Assembly (NCBI GenBank): GCA_026936335.1 | Contig: JAPMXV010000049.1 | Coordinates: forward strand, 62,001-126,000 | Origin: Mantamonas sphyraenae STR306 | Lineage: Eukaryota; Protista; CRuMs | Length of the DNA: 64,000 nucleotides | Direction: 5' to 3' | Part shown: positions 48,716 to 60,518 of the stretch, piece by piece | Numbering within the stretch: the first letter of the stretch is position 1 | How the letters are laid out: each line of letters begins with the position of its first letter | Notes under the pieces: generated by a model | Seen by the model: the letters and a program-made list of their open reading frames with translations, nothing else | Database searches by the model: none | What the model was told of the DNA's origin: nothing | Position numbers and translations under genes: made by a program

Positions 48716-51700
48716 CTATTCCTCAGCGTTGCTGTTGGTGTTGCTGCTGGAAGACGATGCGCCGCTGTCCCTTCGTTGCCTGGAAAGCTCGATCATCTGC
48801 TGGTTCAGGGAATCCAGTGCGTGGAGGCCCTTGAAGGAAAAGTCGCCGAAGCTGTCGTCCATGGAGCCGATGGTGAGGGAAGAGGATACGTTGAGGCTAC
48901 TGTCAACGCCTCCTCCACTGAACACGGAATCATGATCCGAGGCATCGCCGCCATTAGCAAAGCGAGCACCGACGAGAAAGGGATCGTGGCTGAGGTCGTC
49001 GGTCATGCCTTTGCTGTTGAAATAGCTCGTGTCCTCCGGGTACGAGGGCTTGGGCACAAAGGGGGCGTCCTGCGTGCGCACCTTGTCCCAATCGATGTCG
49101 CGGAAGAACGGGTGTTCCTTGATGTCCTGGCTGCCGTTTGTGCTACCGAGGCGCTGCGTCGGGTCGAGGGTCAGCAAACCGCGGATGAGATCGATGGCTT
49201 CCTCCGACAAAGCATCTTCGTAGTAGATGACGTCGCCTTGGAGGATGTTTGCAAACACACGTTCGGGTGTCACGTCGTTGAACGGAGGAATTCCGACAAG
49301 GAACTCGTACATGAGGACCCCAAGAGACCACCAGTCTGTGCATTCGCTGTGGCTGGTGCCCAGCAGCAGTTCCGGAGCGATGTAGTCTGGTGTGCCTAGA
49401 GCACCACGCTGTGCGTCCGGCACAGCGCCGTTGATGGAGTCTGCGTTCTCCTCTGCGTGGTCATCGTGGTGGCCATCGTCGTCCAGGTCTCGTTGCCCAT
49501 CAGTGCCGTCGACACTGGTGCCGTCTTGTTCCGTGCCCAAGGCCTGGCCACGGCCGACAAAGCCGACGTGGGACAGACCAAAGTCTGTCAGCTTGACATG
49601 TCCATCTTGGCCAATAAGCAGGTTGTCTGGCTTCAGATCGCGGTGGACGACGCCGCGCTGGTGAAGGTATTCGAGGGCAAGAACGACCTCGGCGAGGTAG
49701 GCGCGTGCAAAGGGTTCGGAGAGGCGGCCGACATTTGTGAGCAGGTTTTGCATGTCGCCACCGTTGAGATACTCGAGGACAAGGTACAGGTGTTTCCTGC
49801 TCTCGAAGCAGTAGTACAACTTGACGACAAACGGGTTGGAGGACCGTGCGAGGATGTTTCGTTCCGCACGGACCTGCTCGACCATGTTCTTGGCAACCAT
49901 GTCTGACTTGCGCAAGACCTTGATGGCGTACAAATCGCCCGTGCGACGCTTGCGTGCCAGGTAGACGTGTCCATAGAAGCCTCGGCTGATGGGCTTGAGG
50001 ATTTCAAAGTCATTGATGCTGGGCACGCCAATGATGCGTGTCCACGACGGCAAGGTGTCCTCGTGGGAGGGTTGGCCACCACGCCCCCCCGCGTGTGGGC
50101 CAGGTTGAGCTTCGTCCGACGCTGTGGCAGACGCTCCTCGTGCCAGAAGGCCGCTGCTGGATGATGTAGCGCCGCCGCGCATCTGCGTGTCCACATCGTT
50201 TTGCTCGTGCATCTTTGCGTCGATGGCGTACAGTGTGTTGCGCTTCTGCTTGACCAGCTTCTTGAGATCTGCAGTGTAGGAGCGGATCATGATGCGGTCG
50301 CAGCGTACGGTTTCAATTGTGCTTTCGATGGAGCGCAGATCGTCGATGGCGGTGGAGCATGCAGTGACACTCTCCTGACACACTGTACGATGGTGCAGCG
50401 TCTGTGCAGCGATGCTTTGCACCCGTGCGAGCCACTCGGCCGTGTTGCCGAGCTTGTGGTAGTCCACGCGGCGATCGATTGGCGAAAGCAGGACGTCGGT
50501 GTTGGCCGAGCTTCCAACGCCAGCGGAGCCTGAGACCAGGGCAGGCGAGCTGTCTCGAAACTCACGGGCACTGTGTGGCTCCTGAAATGGCGAAGAGCGC
50601 AGAGCAGAGACAGAAGAGGAAGGCTGTGGACTTGCGTTTTCCTGGTCTGCCTCGTTTGCATGCGCCTCGTCGTTGGAGGGCGAACCATGGAGGGAGAAGC
50701 GGACATGGGGCTTGTCCGAATCGTCCCCTTTGCGTGACTCATGCTGATCAGAGTTTGAGCCCGACCAGGAGTCGCTGTTGGCAGAAAAGATGGCGTGGTA
50801 CTTGTACACCTGGCGGGACATCATGGCGACCTTGCGACGCAGGTCTTTTGCGAGCCTGCGCACACGCTTGTCGCAATCGATGACCTTGAGATGGAAGATG
50901 TTGTTGATGACACAGTTGCGCACATGTCGCTCAAAGCTGGACATGCCAACGTCGCATTCGCAGATGCGGCACACCAGTGTCTCTTCTGCACTCAGATCCG
51001 AGCTGTGCGACGAATCCGCTGCGCTGGTTGCGTCGTCTCGACTCATGCTCAGAGTTGGAGACTCGCTGCGTGTGGGCATCAACGTGCCTGCACCTGTGGC
51101 CGAAGAAGAAGAGGTGGACGACGACGAGGCAGTAGGCATGGAAGGGGCCGCAGCAGAGGAAGAAGGACGGCCGACTGTGCGTGTGGTTGTGCTGACGGAC
51201 ATGGCACGTTCGCGGCCAAAGCGAGGCAAAGGACGCGGGCGTAGATCGAGACGGGCGAGGGCGGCGTCGAGATCGTCCAGGTCGACGTCGTTGGTGGAAG
51301 CGCGGCCGGAACCCATGCCAGGGGACCCCATGAGTCCCTGTACAGAGGAGCTACGTTTGAGAGTGGCTCGCATGGGATTGAACTGGATGAGTGTTTCCGC
51401 CGTAGCTGCTGCGTCAAGGTCGTTGTTTTCGGCGCCGCCTGTGTCGGCCGCTGCGTTCTGGTTTGCCTCGGGCTCATCGTTGGAAGCGGCTCGACGGCGC
51501 TCAACCACGGCCCCAAAGCCTGTGATGTCGTCCATGGATCGCTTGTAGGCCGCATGGAGGGTGGACGTCGACTCGAGACTGCCTCGCAGTGAGGTGTTGA
51601 GGGCATCTGCGCGTGTGCTGCTGTGGACGTCGGCCATGTAGGAGACCATACGGTTGCAGCGCGAGAGGATGAAAAGCAGACGGGCGACAAAGGGTCTGCA

Positions 51701-53376
51701 GAATTCCGAGGAATGGTTGCGCAGCATCTCTTGCAACGTCTCGAGGACGATTTCAAGGTGTTCGCCGTTTTTGAGCTCGTCCACGGTGGCGACGAGGACA
51801 CTGTCGATGATGGCCTGCAAGTCCGAGAGGAGCTTGAGGTCGTTGGAGGTTGGTTGGTTGGTGTGCTTGGCCGAGTCGACGTCCTTGTGGTCGCTCTGGT
51901 TTTGCTGAAAGGCCGCTTCCAGGGCAGCTAGCTGGCGTGCGCTGTTGGGCGTGCGGTGGCCGGCCTTGGGGGTGCCCACAAATCCAGACAACTGGTTGCT
52001 GAGCACATGCAGGGCTTCTTCGGTTTCGCGTTTGGTGATGTACAGGGTGCGCTCGCGCGGCGCAAGGTCTTCTTGGTCGGCGTCGGCGTCGGCGTCGGAT
52101 GACGAGTCGTCATGGGCACACTCGGCATCTGCTTCTGTGTCAGACATGTTGTCGAGTGTGCTGTGGGCCTGTGCGCGGAGTTTGCGAGGGCGCAACTGTT
52201 GGGACGGGCGGTTGGAGCTGGTGCTGAGAATGTACAGGTCATCCACGCTATAGACTGGATGCTTGCGGAACTGGCTGACCACGAGGGCTTGGGTCAGGGC
52301 ACTGACGGGACCTGAGGAGCTGGAGGTGCTCATGGAAGAAGTGGACTCGTTGTTGAGGTCGTCGGAGGTGCTGCGTGTGCTTTGTGGAGTGCTGCTGGCC
52401 TGTGCACGCTTGCTGCCCTGAGGGCCAAAGCCCGTCTCGTCGTCCTCGTCGTCGCTATCAATGTACACTACGTCACGGCGCTGGCCAAAGCTGGGCAGGT
52501 TGCCGCTGACAAAGAGGCGGCGGGACCGAGAGAAGCCACCTTTCGTTCGCTGCTGCTGTGTTTCGCGACCGCGGCGGCCGAGAACGAAGAGGAGGAGGTT
52601 GAGGAGGAAGAGAGTGTGCCTGCGTCGTTGGGAAAGGCGACACCCTGTCCAGTTCCGCCTGTGAGGGATGCGGACAGCGGGGCTTGGGGCGTGGCTAGTT
52701 TGCCGTAGTTGGGTGATCGCAGCGCGCCGAGTCCCGAGTCAGCTGCAAGGGGCCCCGGGGTGGCTGTGCTGATGGACAGACCAACAGAGGCATTGGAAGC
52801 GGCACTCTCAAAGTTGCTGAAGCCGTTGTCCCAACTGGGAGACTTGGGCACGAGTTGGCCAGAGGCACGTGCGCCAAAGCGGAATACGCTGGAACGGGAT
52901 GGCGAGTGGAAGCTGCTGATTGCATCGAAGCTATCATGGCTGGTTTCGCTTGCATCTTCGGCGTCGCTGGTTCCACTGCTGGAGGAGGAAGAGGAGGAGG
53001 AGGATGATGATGAGGAGGAGGAGGCGGAGGAGGTTGAATGGGCGCTGGGAAGCGGGAAGTGATGGGTGCGCTGGTCGTCGTCCTCGTCGGGTGTTTGAGG
53101 CAGGGGTCTGAGCAGGCGGATGGGCACGGGTCTGCTTCGTGTCCATGGCGACGGAGTGGGCGTGACACTGGCTGCAGTGGAGGAAGCAGACGACGAGAGG
53201 CTGTCCTCTTCGTCGCCTGGGCTGTCAAAGGCGTCTGCGAGGAGATCTTCATCAAAGTCAAAGTTTGCCATCACGTCTGCCTCCTCATACTCGTAGCGCG
53301 GCGACAGGGTGCGCAGCTCCGAGGTGGGAGTGTCGTTGCGCACCAGCTGGTCGATGGACCAGCGTGCGTTGGACAT
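48716..53376 (-). CDS. AGC Ser/Thr kinase of the Rim15/IRE/Greatwall (MAST) family
   Basis: Kinase motifs are PSINDFEILKPISRG, GDLYAIKVLRK, AERNIL, HRDLKPDNLL, DFGLS, GTPDYIAPE and DWWSLG, followed by the AGC tail APFVP..DTSYF..FGDFSF. Upstream IRE-type elements are RLLFILSRC and CRICE..H..C. The N-terminal ORF 52468-53628 is joined by a -1 indel near 52540. Confidence 0.88.
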
Positions 53377-53461
53377 CGGGGCGGCAGAGAGTGAGTTTGC
53401 TCTTTGGGCCGACCTGCGCGTGCGTGGCCATCTCTGATTCCGATTCAAAAGTGCAGCTCCC

Positions 53462-54663
53462 ATGTGGAAGAGATTGGGTGTGCCGCACAGCGAATTGCGT
53501 GTGGACATCAGTCTGGTGAGTGGCCAAGCATTCCGATGGCGGCCCGTGCCAAGCGCGGACGGCTGTCCCGAGTTTGTGGGCATCGTGCAGCGGCAGCTGT
53601 GGCATGTGCGGCAGATCCAAGACGACACACTGGTGCGTCGCCTGTTGCCTGTGGAGGGTTCTCGCAGCAGCGATGTCCTGCTCGCAGAGAGCGCTGGGGC
53701 ACCGGTGGCAGCACATGTGGACGCCGACGACGCCGACGTGGCGTTCTTCAGGGACTATTGTCAGCTGGACACGCCGCTTGCACCGTTGTACAAGACCTGG
53801 TGCAGGGACGAGACATTTGCAGCAGTAAGCGAGGCGTTTGGAGGCGTACGTGTGCTCCGTCAAGATCCACTGGAAACGACGCTGTCGTTCATCTGTTCGT
53901 CAAACAACAACATCAAACGGATCTCTGGAATGGTGGAAACGCTGTGCTCGTTGTACGGGACGTTATTGGGACGCTGGACGGGGAGGCCGTGCACGCGTTC
54001 CCGACGTTGCAGCAGCTGGCCGACAACGTGGACGGGATGGAGGAGACCTTGCGTGAGGCCAGATTCGGATACAGGGCACGCTTTCTGGCAAAGACAGTGG
54101 CCAAGCTGGCGGAAAAAGGTGAAGATTCGCTGCTGGCCCTGCGGCAGGTGTCCGATCCGAAGGCTGTTCAGGCGGCGCTGGTGGAGCTGGATGGCGTGGG
54201 CAAAAAGGTGGCCGACTGCATTGCTTTGTTTTCATGCGACAGCGTGGATGCCATTCCGGTGGACACGCATGTGTGGCAGATGGCGTGCCGATTTGACTCG
54301 AAGCTGCGGAACAAGAACCTGAACGACAAAGTGTACGCACAGGTGGGTCAGGCGTTCAAGAAGCGCTTCCGCAAGCACGTCGGATGGGCCCATTCAGTAT
54401 TGTTTGCTGCCGAACTGCCGCAGTTCCAGCACCTGTTTGACGAGGTTGAGGGGACAAAGAGGAAACGGGAAGAGGTCGAGGAACTGGAATTGACGTTGCA
54501 GGTGGAGGAAGAGACGGAAACACTGGTGCTGGTCAAGAGAGAGGAGAAAGTGGAGGAGGATGTGACTGTGCTTGGGTCGTCTTCGTCTTCGTCTTCGTCG
54601 TTGTCGTCGCAGGTGGCTCGACGGGAGAGACTTGCGAAGCGGCGACGGCGGAGCCAAGCGTGA
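53462..54663 (+). CDS. OGG1: 8-oxoguanine DNA glycosylase/AP lyase
   Basis: Motifs are LVSGQAFRW, GVRVLRQDPLE..SFICSSNNNIKRI, FPT, FGYRA, the HhH motif LDGVGKKVADC..IPVDTHVWQ and GWAHSVLF. There is a -1 indel near 53965. Confidence 0.93.
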
Positions 54664-54677
54664 CAGGGTTGGTCGAG

Positions 54678-55697
54678 ATGCTCAGTTCACTGGAAGACAC
54701 AGGGGGTGAGAGCATTCCAGAGGCGGTGCCGATGGCCACATCGGCGGGGCAAGGGGACGAGAGCGGGGACGGAGTGATGCAGCTTCACCTCAAGGTGGCC
54801 ACAGGGGGCCAATGGGAGGTTAGCGTGCCCGTGGAATGTACAGTGATGCAGTTGAAGCAAAAGGTAGGTACACATCCTTTGGGGGGGGGTGGGTGGTTTG
54901 TTGCACGGTTTGGAGGGGTGACGGGGGCACATCGCGGAGAGGCGGAAAACTCACCCGGCTTGTACAGGTGCGTGCGGAGCACGACGTGGGTGACAAGACG
55001 ATCAAGCTGATCTATCAGGGCAAATTCATGGAGGACCACAAGACGCTGGCGTCGTACAAGGTGCACGACGGCGTGTTTGTACACTGCGTGCTGAGCAAGC
55101 CGAGCCGCAGAAACACGACGGTGAGAACCAAACGGGGCGGGGCGTTGTTTTGGGGCCGGGCGTACTGACACAGACGGCGCAGAACACAACGAGTGCACGC
55201 GGAGAGAGCATGGGTGGAGGTGGAGGAGGAGGCGGAGGAGGGGCACCCGTACGTGGATTCGACCGGTTGCTGGAGCTGGGGTTCAACGCAGAAGAGGTTG
55301 CGTCGATGCGTGGCCAGTTTCATGCCAACCGACTGCGGAATACGCTGTACACAGGAAACGAAACACAGGAGCAGCTGAGACAGATGGAGGAAGAGTGGAT
55401 GGAAGCCGAATACGGAGCGGATCCGGCGCGTGCAGGGACGACAAGCACGACGAGCAGGGGCGGGCAAGCGTCGGCAGGCCTTGCTGTGGCCGACAATGGA
55501 TACGACCTTCCGGAAGACCCGCCGCCGACCATGGGCACCAACATGCATATGTTGATGGGCATGATTCTGGGTTTCTGTTTGGCTACCTCGCCCTGTTGCT
55601 GGTGGTGGAGCGTGCTGTGTCGCACAGGCTGAAACTGGGCATCATCATGGGCGTGGGGATCAATTTCATGTTTGGTATGCTCAAACGCTACGCTTGA
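54678..55697 (+). CDS. DSC3: DSC3-like ubiquitin-domain membrane protein (Dsc E3 ligase complex subunit 3, DUF2407)
   Basis: It has a UBL domain (TVMQLKQK..IKLIYQGKFMEDHKTL..VHCVLS), then RGFDRLLELGF..MRGQFH..RQMEEEWM and C-terminal TMs (GMILGF..GIIMGVGIN). Introns are at 54864-54967 and 55121-55173, and there is an indel near 55575. The start could be a later ATG. Confidence 0.8.
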
Positions 55698-57184
55698 CCT
55701 CGCGCAGGACGCCTGCGTCCACGAGGACGGCTGCTGTGGCTTCGTCTGCGTGTGCGCCGGGTTCCAGTGCTGCGACTGCGACTATTGCGACTACGACTGC
55801 GGCTGCCGCGCGTGTGGCGTCTGCGAGTGCGAGAAGAGGAGGAGGAGGAGGAGGAGGAAGCAGAGTAACTGGGCTGCTGTTTGGACGACGTGCCCACACG
55901 AGCGTGCAGGCGTGCGACGGAGCGGGAGATCGATGATGAAGAGTTTCGTCGCCGCCGTCGTCGTTGTTGACTCTTGCTCCGCTTCCTGTGCCTGCCACGA
56001 CGTCGGCTGGATGAAGACGCCGACGAGGTGGCTTCGGCCAGAAACTCGGAAGTTTGCTTTTCGTCGTGGACATCAAACTCAAACAGGGGCCGCAGCTGAC
56101 GGACAGGTTGGAGGTCGGCGTACTCGCGTGCGAGGCGCTCGATGCCCAGGCCGATTCGCTCGGGCAGGTCACGCAGCACGTGGAGGTTGGGCATGGTTGA
56201 GAGGTAGGCTTGGGCAGTCTTGGTCAGGCGGATGCCCTTGCTGATGACAACCACGGCTGCCTGAGCTTCGTGGATCTCCAAGTCGCGTTGCACCTTTTCC
56301 AGCAGTGCTCGCTTGAGGACCTTGTTCTTGCCATGGGATTTTGCTGTCTGCACCACAAGCTTCAGTGCACGTCCCGTGTATGTGCTTGCTTCCTCTCCCA
56401 GCTGTTCCAACGGGTCCATGAGGTCGACTTTGTCGCCCTGCAGTTGCGGCCCTTGCTCAGAGTCCAGTTCCGGCTCACTCATGCTCAACAGACTGACATC
56501 CAACCCCAAATGGTGGATGGCGTTGCCATGTGTCGGTGCATTGGGCGACGAGGACGAGGAAGAGGATCGCTCCACAGGTTCGGCATCTCCGTTCCAAGAG
56601 TCGGCTGCGGTGACGGTGTAGTCGACTACAGACTGAAGGAACAGCTCGGGGTTGAGCAAAGACGGGTCTTGGTCTTCAGGGGACGGTTCGTCTTCGTCAA
56701 CAAGCATATACAAGCAGCGCACTTGACTCTGGACACTGGCTGCGTAGTTGCGCAGGGCGTATCGGATGCAGTCGCCCACGTAGGCCCGAAAGAGGTCTGT
56801 GTCCCGACTGAGCTTGCCCGAAGTGTCCATATACACGTCCACATAGTTGTGTTTGACGCCCGAGAAGCCACGTTTGCCGCCCAGGCAGCGGCGAAAGCAG
56901 GACTTGAGCCAAACGGGCGCCAGCTGGTCCTGCGAGACAATGTCCAGGTTGCGCTTGGTGCGAAACTGGCCCCATTCCCTTTGTACATACGAGCTGAACG
57001 CCTCGTCGGTCATCACGAGCCTGGGTGGGCGCTGGACGCCAGGGACGCCGTGCTTGGCGGCAAACCGAGCGAAGCGGCTCTGGACAAGCTCGTCCACAGC
57101 CGAATCCTTCTTGACCGGCAAGCCACGGGAAAGGAGCACATCGTACCTGTCCTCGTCCACGTAGGACGGGTCACGGGTGGACAT
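55688..57184 (-). CDS. Hypothetical protein with an Arg/Ser-rich C-terminus; possible degenerate NYN/PIN-like core
   Basis: 498-aa ORF with an alpha/beta core (VDVYMD..GKNK..AVVVISKG) and an RS-rich tail. Its stop codon overlaps the end of DSC3. Confidence 0.65.
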   Translation of the reverse strand: MSTRDPSYVDEDRYDVLLSRGLPVKKDSAVDELVQSRFARFAAKHGVPGVQRPPRLVMTDEAFSSYVQREWGQFRTKRNLDIVSQDQLAPVWLKSCFRRCLGGKRGFSGVKHNYVDVYMDTSGKLSRDTDLFRAYVGDCIRYALRNYAASVQSQVRCLYMLVDEDEPSPEDQDPSLLNPELFLQSVVDYTVTAADSWNGDAEPVERSSSSSSSPNAPTHGNAIHHLGLDVSLLSMSEPELDSEQGPQLQGDKVDLMDPLEQLGEEASTYTGRALKLVVQTAKSHGKNKVLKRALLEKVQRDLEIHEAQAAVVVISKGIRLTKTAQAYLSTMPNLHVLRDLPERIGLGIERLAREYADLQPVRQLRPLFEFDVHDEKQTSEFLAEATSSASSSSRRRGRHRKRSKSQQRRRRRRNSSSSISRSVARLHARVGTSSKQQPSYSASSSSSSSSSRTRRRHTRGSRSRSRNSRSRSTGTRRTRRRSHSSRPRGRRRPARGQA

Positions 57185-57235
57185 GGCCTTTCAATTTTTG
57201 GCGCGTCGAGGGCGCCAGCTGAACTTCCATCATCA

Positions 57236-58431
57236 ATGTTGCCACGGAGTCGATCCAAAGCTCAAAGGACGTGGTGTGCGACACGTGGTGTGCAGTGGAT
57301 CACAGCCATGGTACTTGCGTACGTGTGTTGGCTCGTGTTTGACATGCAGACCAGTGCGTGCGTGCGTCCTGTGATGCCGCCTTTGCTTCACAAGGTGCCT
57401 GTCATCGAGGACATGGACGTGCGCACGTTTCGTGACAAGTTCCAGCAACGAGGCATCCCCGTGGTGCTGGACAAGCACATGGAAAAGTGGCCTGCACGCA
57501 CAAAGTGGACCCTGGAGCACTTCCGCAAGACGTACGGCCAAGAAAAGATCGGCATCCAGAACGGCAACATCGAGCTCGACGCAACAAAGGGCACCTCGCT
57601 CACCCTCGGAGACTTTGTACAGATTCTGTTGGACATGGAGCAGGGCAAGGACAGCGCCCTGGTCAAGCAGTACACAGAACCGGGGCTCATTCCCTACTGG
57701 CGGGAGGTACTGCAGCGGTTTTCCGGACCGTATCAAACCGCACATTGCAGACAGCCACTGACATTGTCATTGCACACGCCTGCTACACAGGAATGGGAAC
57801 TGTTTGACAAGTATCCGCAGCTGTTTGCGGACTGCAACGAGTTTCCGCTGATTCGCGATCTTCCGGGCAAGGTGCACGACGAGGGTCTCTTCTGGCTGGG
57901 TCCAAAGGGAGGTAGGTTTGCATGCAACTGAGCGAACATGAGTGGTGGCGTGCGCTGTTGCGACTGACGAAGGACGGGCTTTCGGGCTTTTGCGCAGCAA
58001 GAACTGGGTTGCACATGGACTACGACCCGTTCAGCTTCCTGCACCAGTTTGTGGGGCGCAAACGGGTGACGCTCATTCCGCCGTACGACGCCCACAAGGT
58101 GTACCGCTCGAACAAGTACGACTTTCTGGCCGAACTATCCCAGGTGGATCCCTGGCACGTGGACGAGGCCAAGTTTCCCCGCTTTGCCAACGCTACCAAG
58201 CTGGAGGTGGAGTTGTCTCCGGGCCAGACGCTCTTTGTGCCCACAGGCTGGTGGCACTATGCCGAGAGCCTGTCCACCAGTCTCAGTGTCAGCAGTCGAG
58301 CACTCACCCGCTGCGAAAGTGCTGGCTTCTGGAAGTACCATGTGCTGCACTGGTTCCACAAACGCAATATGTACATACCGTGGGACAAGTGCACGTGCCA
58401 CAACATCAACGACGACGACAGCGGGTACTGA
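57236..58431 (+). CDS. JmjC (cupin-like, FIH/JMJD5/JMJD8-type) 2-oxoglutarate oxygenase with an N-terminal TM anchor
   Basis: Motifs are PVVL..WPARTKWTLEHF, FWLGPKGARTGLHMD, GRKRVTLIPP and LSPGQTLFVPTGWWHYAESL. Introns are at 57707-57790 and 57912-57997. Confidence 0.87.
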
Positions 58432-58463
58432 TGGCAGAGCACTTCCATGAACGACTGCACTTT

Positions 58464-60264
58464 TCACTCCCAATCTTCGTCATCCTCATCCACACCCTCG
58501 TCGTCCATTTGCTGGCGCCTGTCTAGCAACGCCATGGCCAACACGCTGACCATGTCATTCTTGTTGACCTTCTTGGCCTGCTCGTTGTCCAGACGTACCG
58601 TGACGCGTTTGAGCATGACATCCGGGTTGCGAATGGCTGCCATGAGGTTCGCACGTGCCTGCCCACCGGGCGCACCTGCACCGCCAGTCTTGCCCAGCTT
58701 GGGAGCGGGTGGAGCGGCAGGCGCTGGAGCCGGCGGTGCCGGCGCTGGCGAAGCTGTACTCGACGCTCCGGAAGCCGAGGACGCATTGGCACTGGCGGCA
58801 GCTGCCTGGGCTTCGGCTGCACTTGCCTTTGCCTCTGCAGCTTCTGTGGCAGCCTGTGCGTTGCTCAAGGCGGCTTCAAGTTCTGCAATGCGTCCGCTGA
58901 GCTCGCTGTTGACTGTCTGCGCAGCCACCAGCTGGTCTTCCAGTGCCAACATGTCCTTGCTGGCCTGCGAAGCAGCTTTGCTGTCCTGTTTGGCCTGTTT
59001 GGCTTCCTGCGCAGCTGCTTCTGCCTTTCCCTGTGCCTCGGCCAAGCGCATCTCCACCTCAGCCAGCATCGCATCGCGTTCTTGGATATCGGTCTCCATG
59101 TCATGCACCCGTTTAGCTGCATGTTCGTTCTCCTCGCGCAGGCGCGTCACATCGTTCTGCACCTTGCGCATCTCGCTGTGCACCTGCAGCGTCTCTGCCT
59201 TTGCCTCCTCCACCTCCTTCCGCAACGCTTCTTCCGTTTCCTCTGCAGACGAAGATGCTTTGCTGTCCTTCTGACGTGCTGCTTCTGCCTGTCTGCGCAA
59301 CTCTGTGCACTCCTCCTTCAAGGTATCGCACTCCGCGCGTGCATCCGCCGCTGCACTCTTGGCTGCTCGCACTTCCTTGCGCAGTGCATCCACCTCCCCT
59401 TGCATCGTCTCTGACTTGGATGCCGCGCGTTGCATGCGGATCATTTCCTTTTCCTGCTCGGTTGCCTTTCGCTTTGCCGTAGCAAGTTCCCGACGCAGCT
59501 CGTGCAGCTGAGCCTCGCGTGCGCTTCCTGCCATCGTGGCAGGTGCCTTGGTCTGCAACTTGCTCTGTGCCGTTGCCAATTGCCGTTGAAGCTGTTCCAC
59601 CTGCTTGCGTAGCTGCTGCACCTCTTTCTCGGCCTGTTTGTATGCCGCAAACTCGTTCGGGCTCGTTGTCGTGGTGGTTGTCGTTGTGGTGGCAATGCTC
59701 GACGACTCGGACGACGACTCACCGCCCGCACTGACTGCAACCATGTCCATGTCTGCCATGGCGCCCATGAGGAACTGCATCTCTTGCAGGCTCAGCTTGT
59801 CCTGGCCCATCTCCTTCAACTTGACGTCGAGATCGTCAAACAAGGCCACCAGCTCGTCTGGGATGGCTCCCTTCATCGCCAATGCCCCAGACTCTTCGTC
59901 GAATCCCACATGGCCCAGATTCTTGAACGACGTGGGTCCACTGACGGAGAAGGACGTGTCCTCCGTCGCGTCCGAGTCTTTGTCTCCCTCTCCCTTGTTG
60001 CCCAAGTTTGCCAGCATGCCTCGCAGCTTGGCTCCGTAGCCCCGCATGCGTTCCTGCATGGCGTTGGCCGCATTCGACAGCCCACTGCTTCCTCCGTCGT
60101 CCCCTTGTTCTGCCTCGCCGTCCCCTTTGCCCTTGTTGCTGCTGTTGCTCTCTTGCCCACCGCTCCCTGGCAGTTTGCTGGTCTCAACGGCCACTGCACG
60201 CAGGTCGTCGCTGTCCAGCCGTGTGAACCGGTTGTTGTTGTGTGCTCGGTTGCTCCGCGACGTG

Positions 60265-60305
<41 letters not shown>

Positions 60306-60440
60306 CCCTTTGCCTCCGTGAAGCTCTGCGATGCGTTCGCTCGCCTGCGCCGTGTGGTCGTGCAGACACTGTTTGCAGTACGACGGCTTGAATGGGTTGG
60401 CTACAAAGTCCTGGCAACCACACGTTGTACACTTGGACAT
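58464..60440 (-). CDS. WASP-like actin nucleation-promoting factor (Cys/His finger, CRIB, coiled coil, Pro-rich, WH2-C-A)
   Basis: The N-terminus is CTTCGCQDFVANPFKPSYCKQCLHDH and the CRIB is VSGPTSFKNLGHVGFD. The WH2 is RANLMAAIRNPDVMLKRV, the C helix is MVSVLAMALLDRR, and the acidic end is DEDDEDWE. Confidence 0.83.
60271..60303. repeat. (CTG)11 repeat encoding poly-Ser in the WASP-like gene
   Basis: Directly visible simple repeat. Confidence 0.9.
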
Positions 60441-60518
60441 CCTGCACTGGCTCGTGGCAAAGGAATTTTGTTGGCAAACACTCTGCTCTGCGTGGCCGCA
60501 CACACATGCACACGCACC

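Noticed and set aside
52466-52472. TAG between the two kinase ORFs as stop-codon readthrough or an alternative genetic code
   Set aside because: The downstream ORF is in a different frame and a -1 indel upstream explains the join. Long ORFs elsewhere contain no in-frame stops, and genes end in normal TAA or TGA.
12430-55580. Frameshifts in receptor B (12436), Pol5 (15937, 16540), the coiled-coil gene (27935), receptor C (36498, 44586), the GATase-like gene (48176), the kinase (52540), OGG1 (53965) and DSC3 (55575), read as pseudogenes or genome-wide programmed frameshifting
   Set aside because: They go in both directions, sit at 1-4 nt homopolymers with no shared motif, and hit conserved housekeeping genes whose motifs are otherwise intact. 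This is typical of long-read consensus indels.
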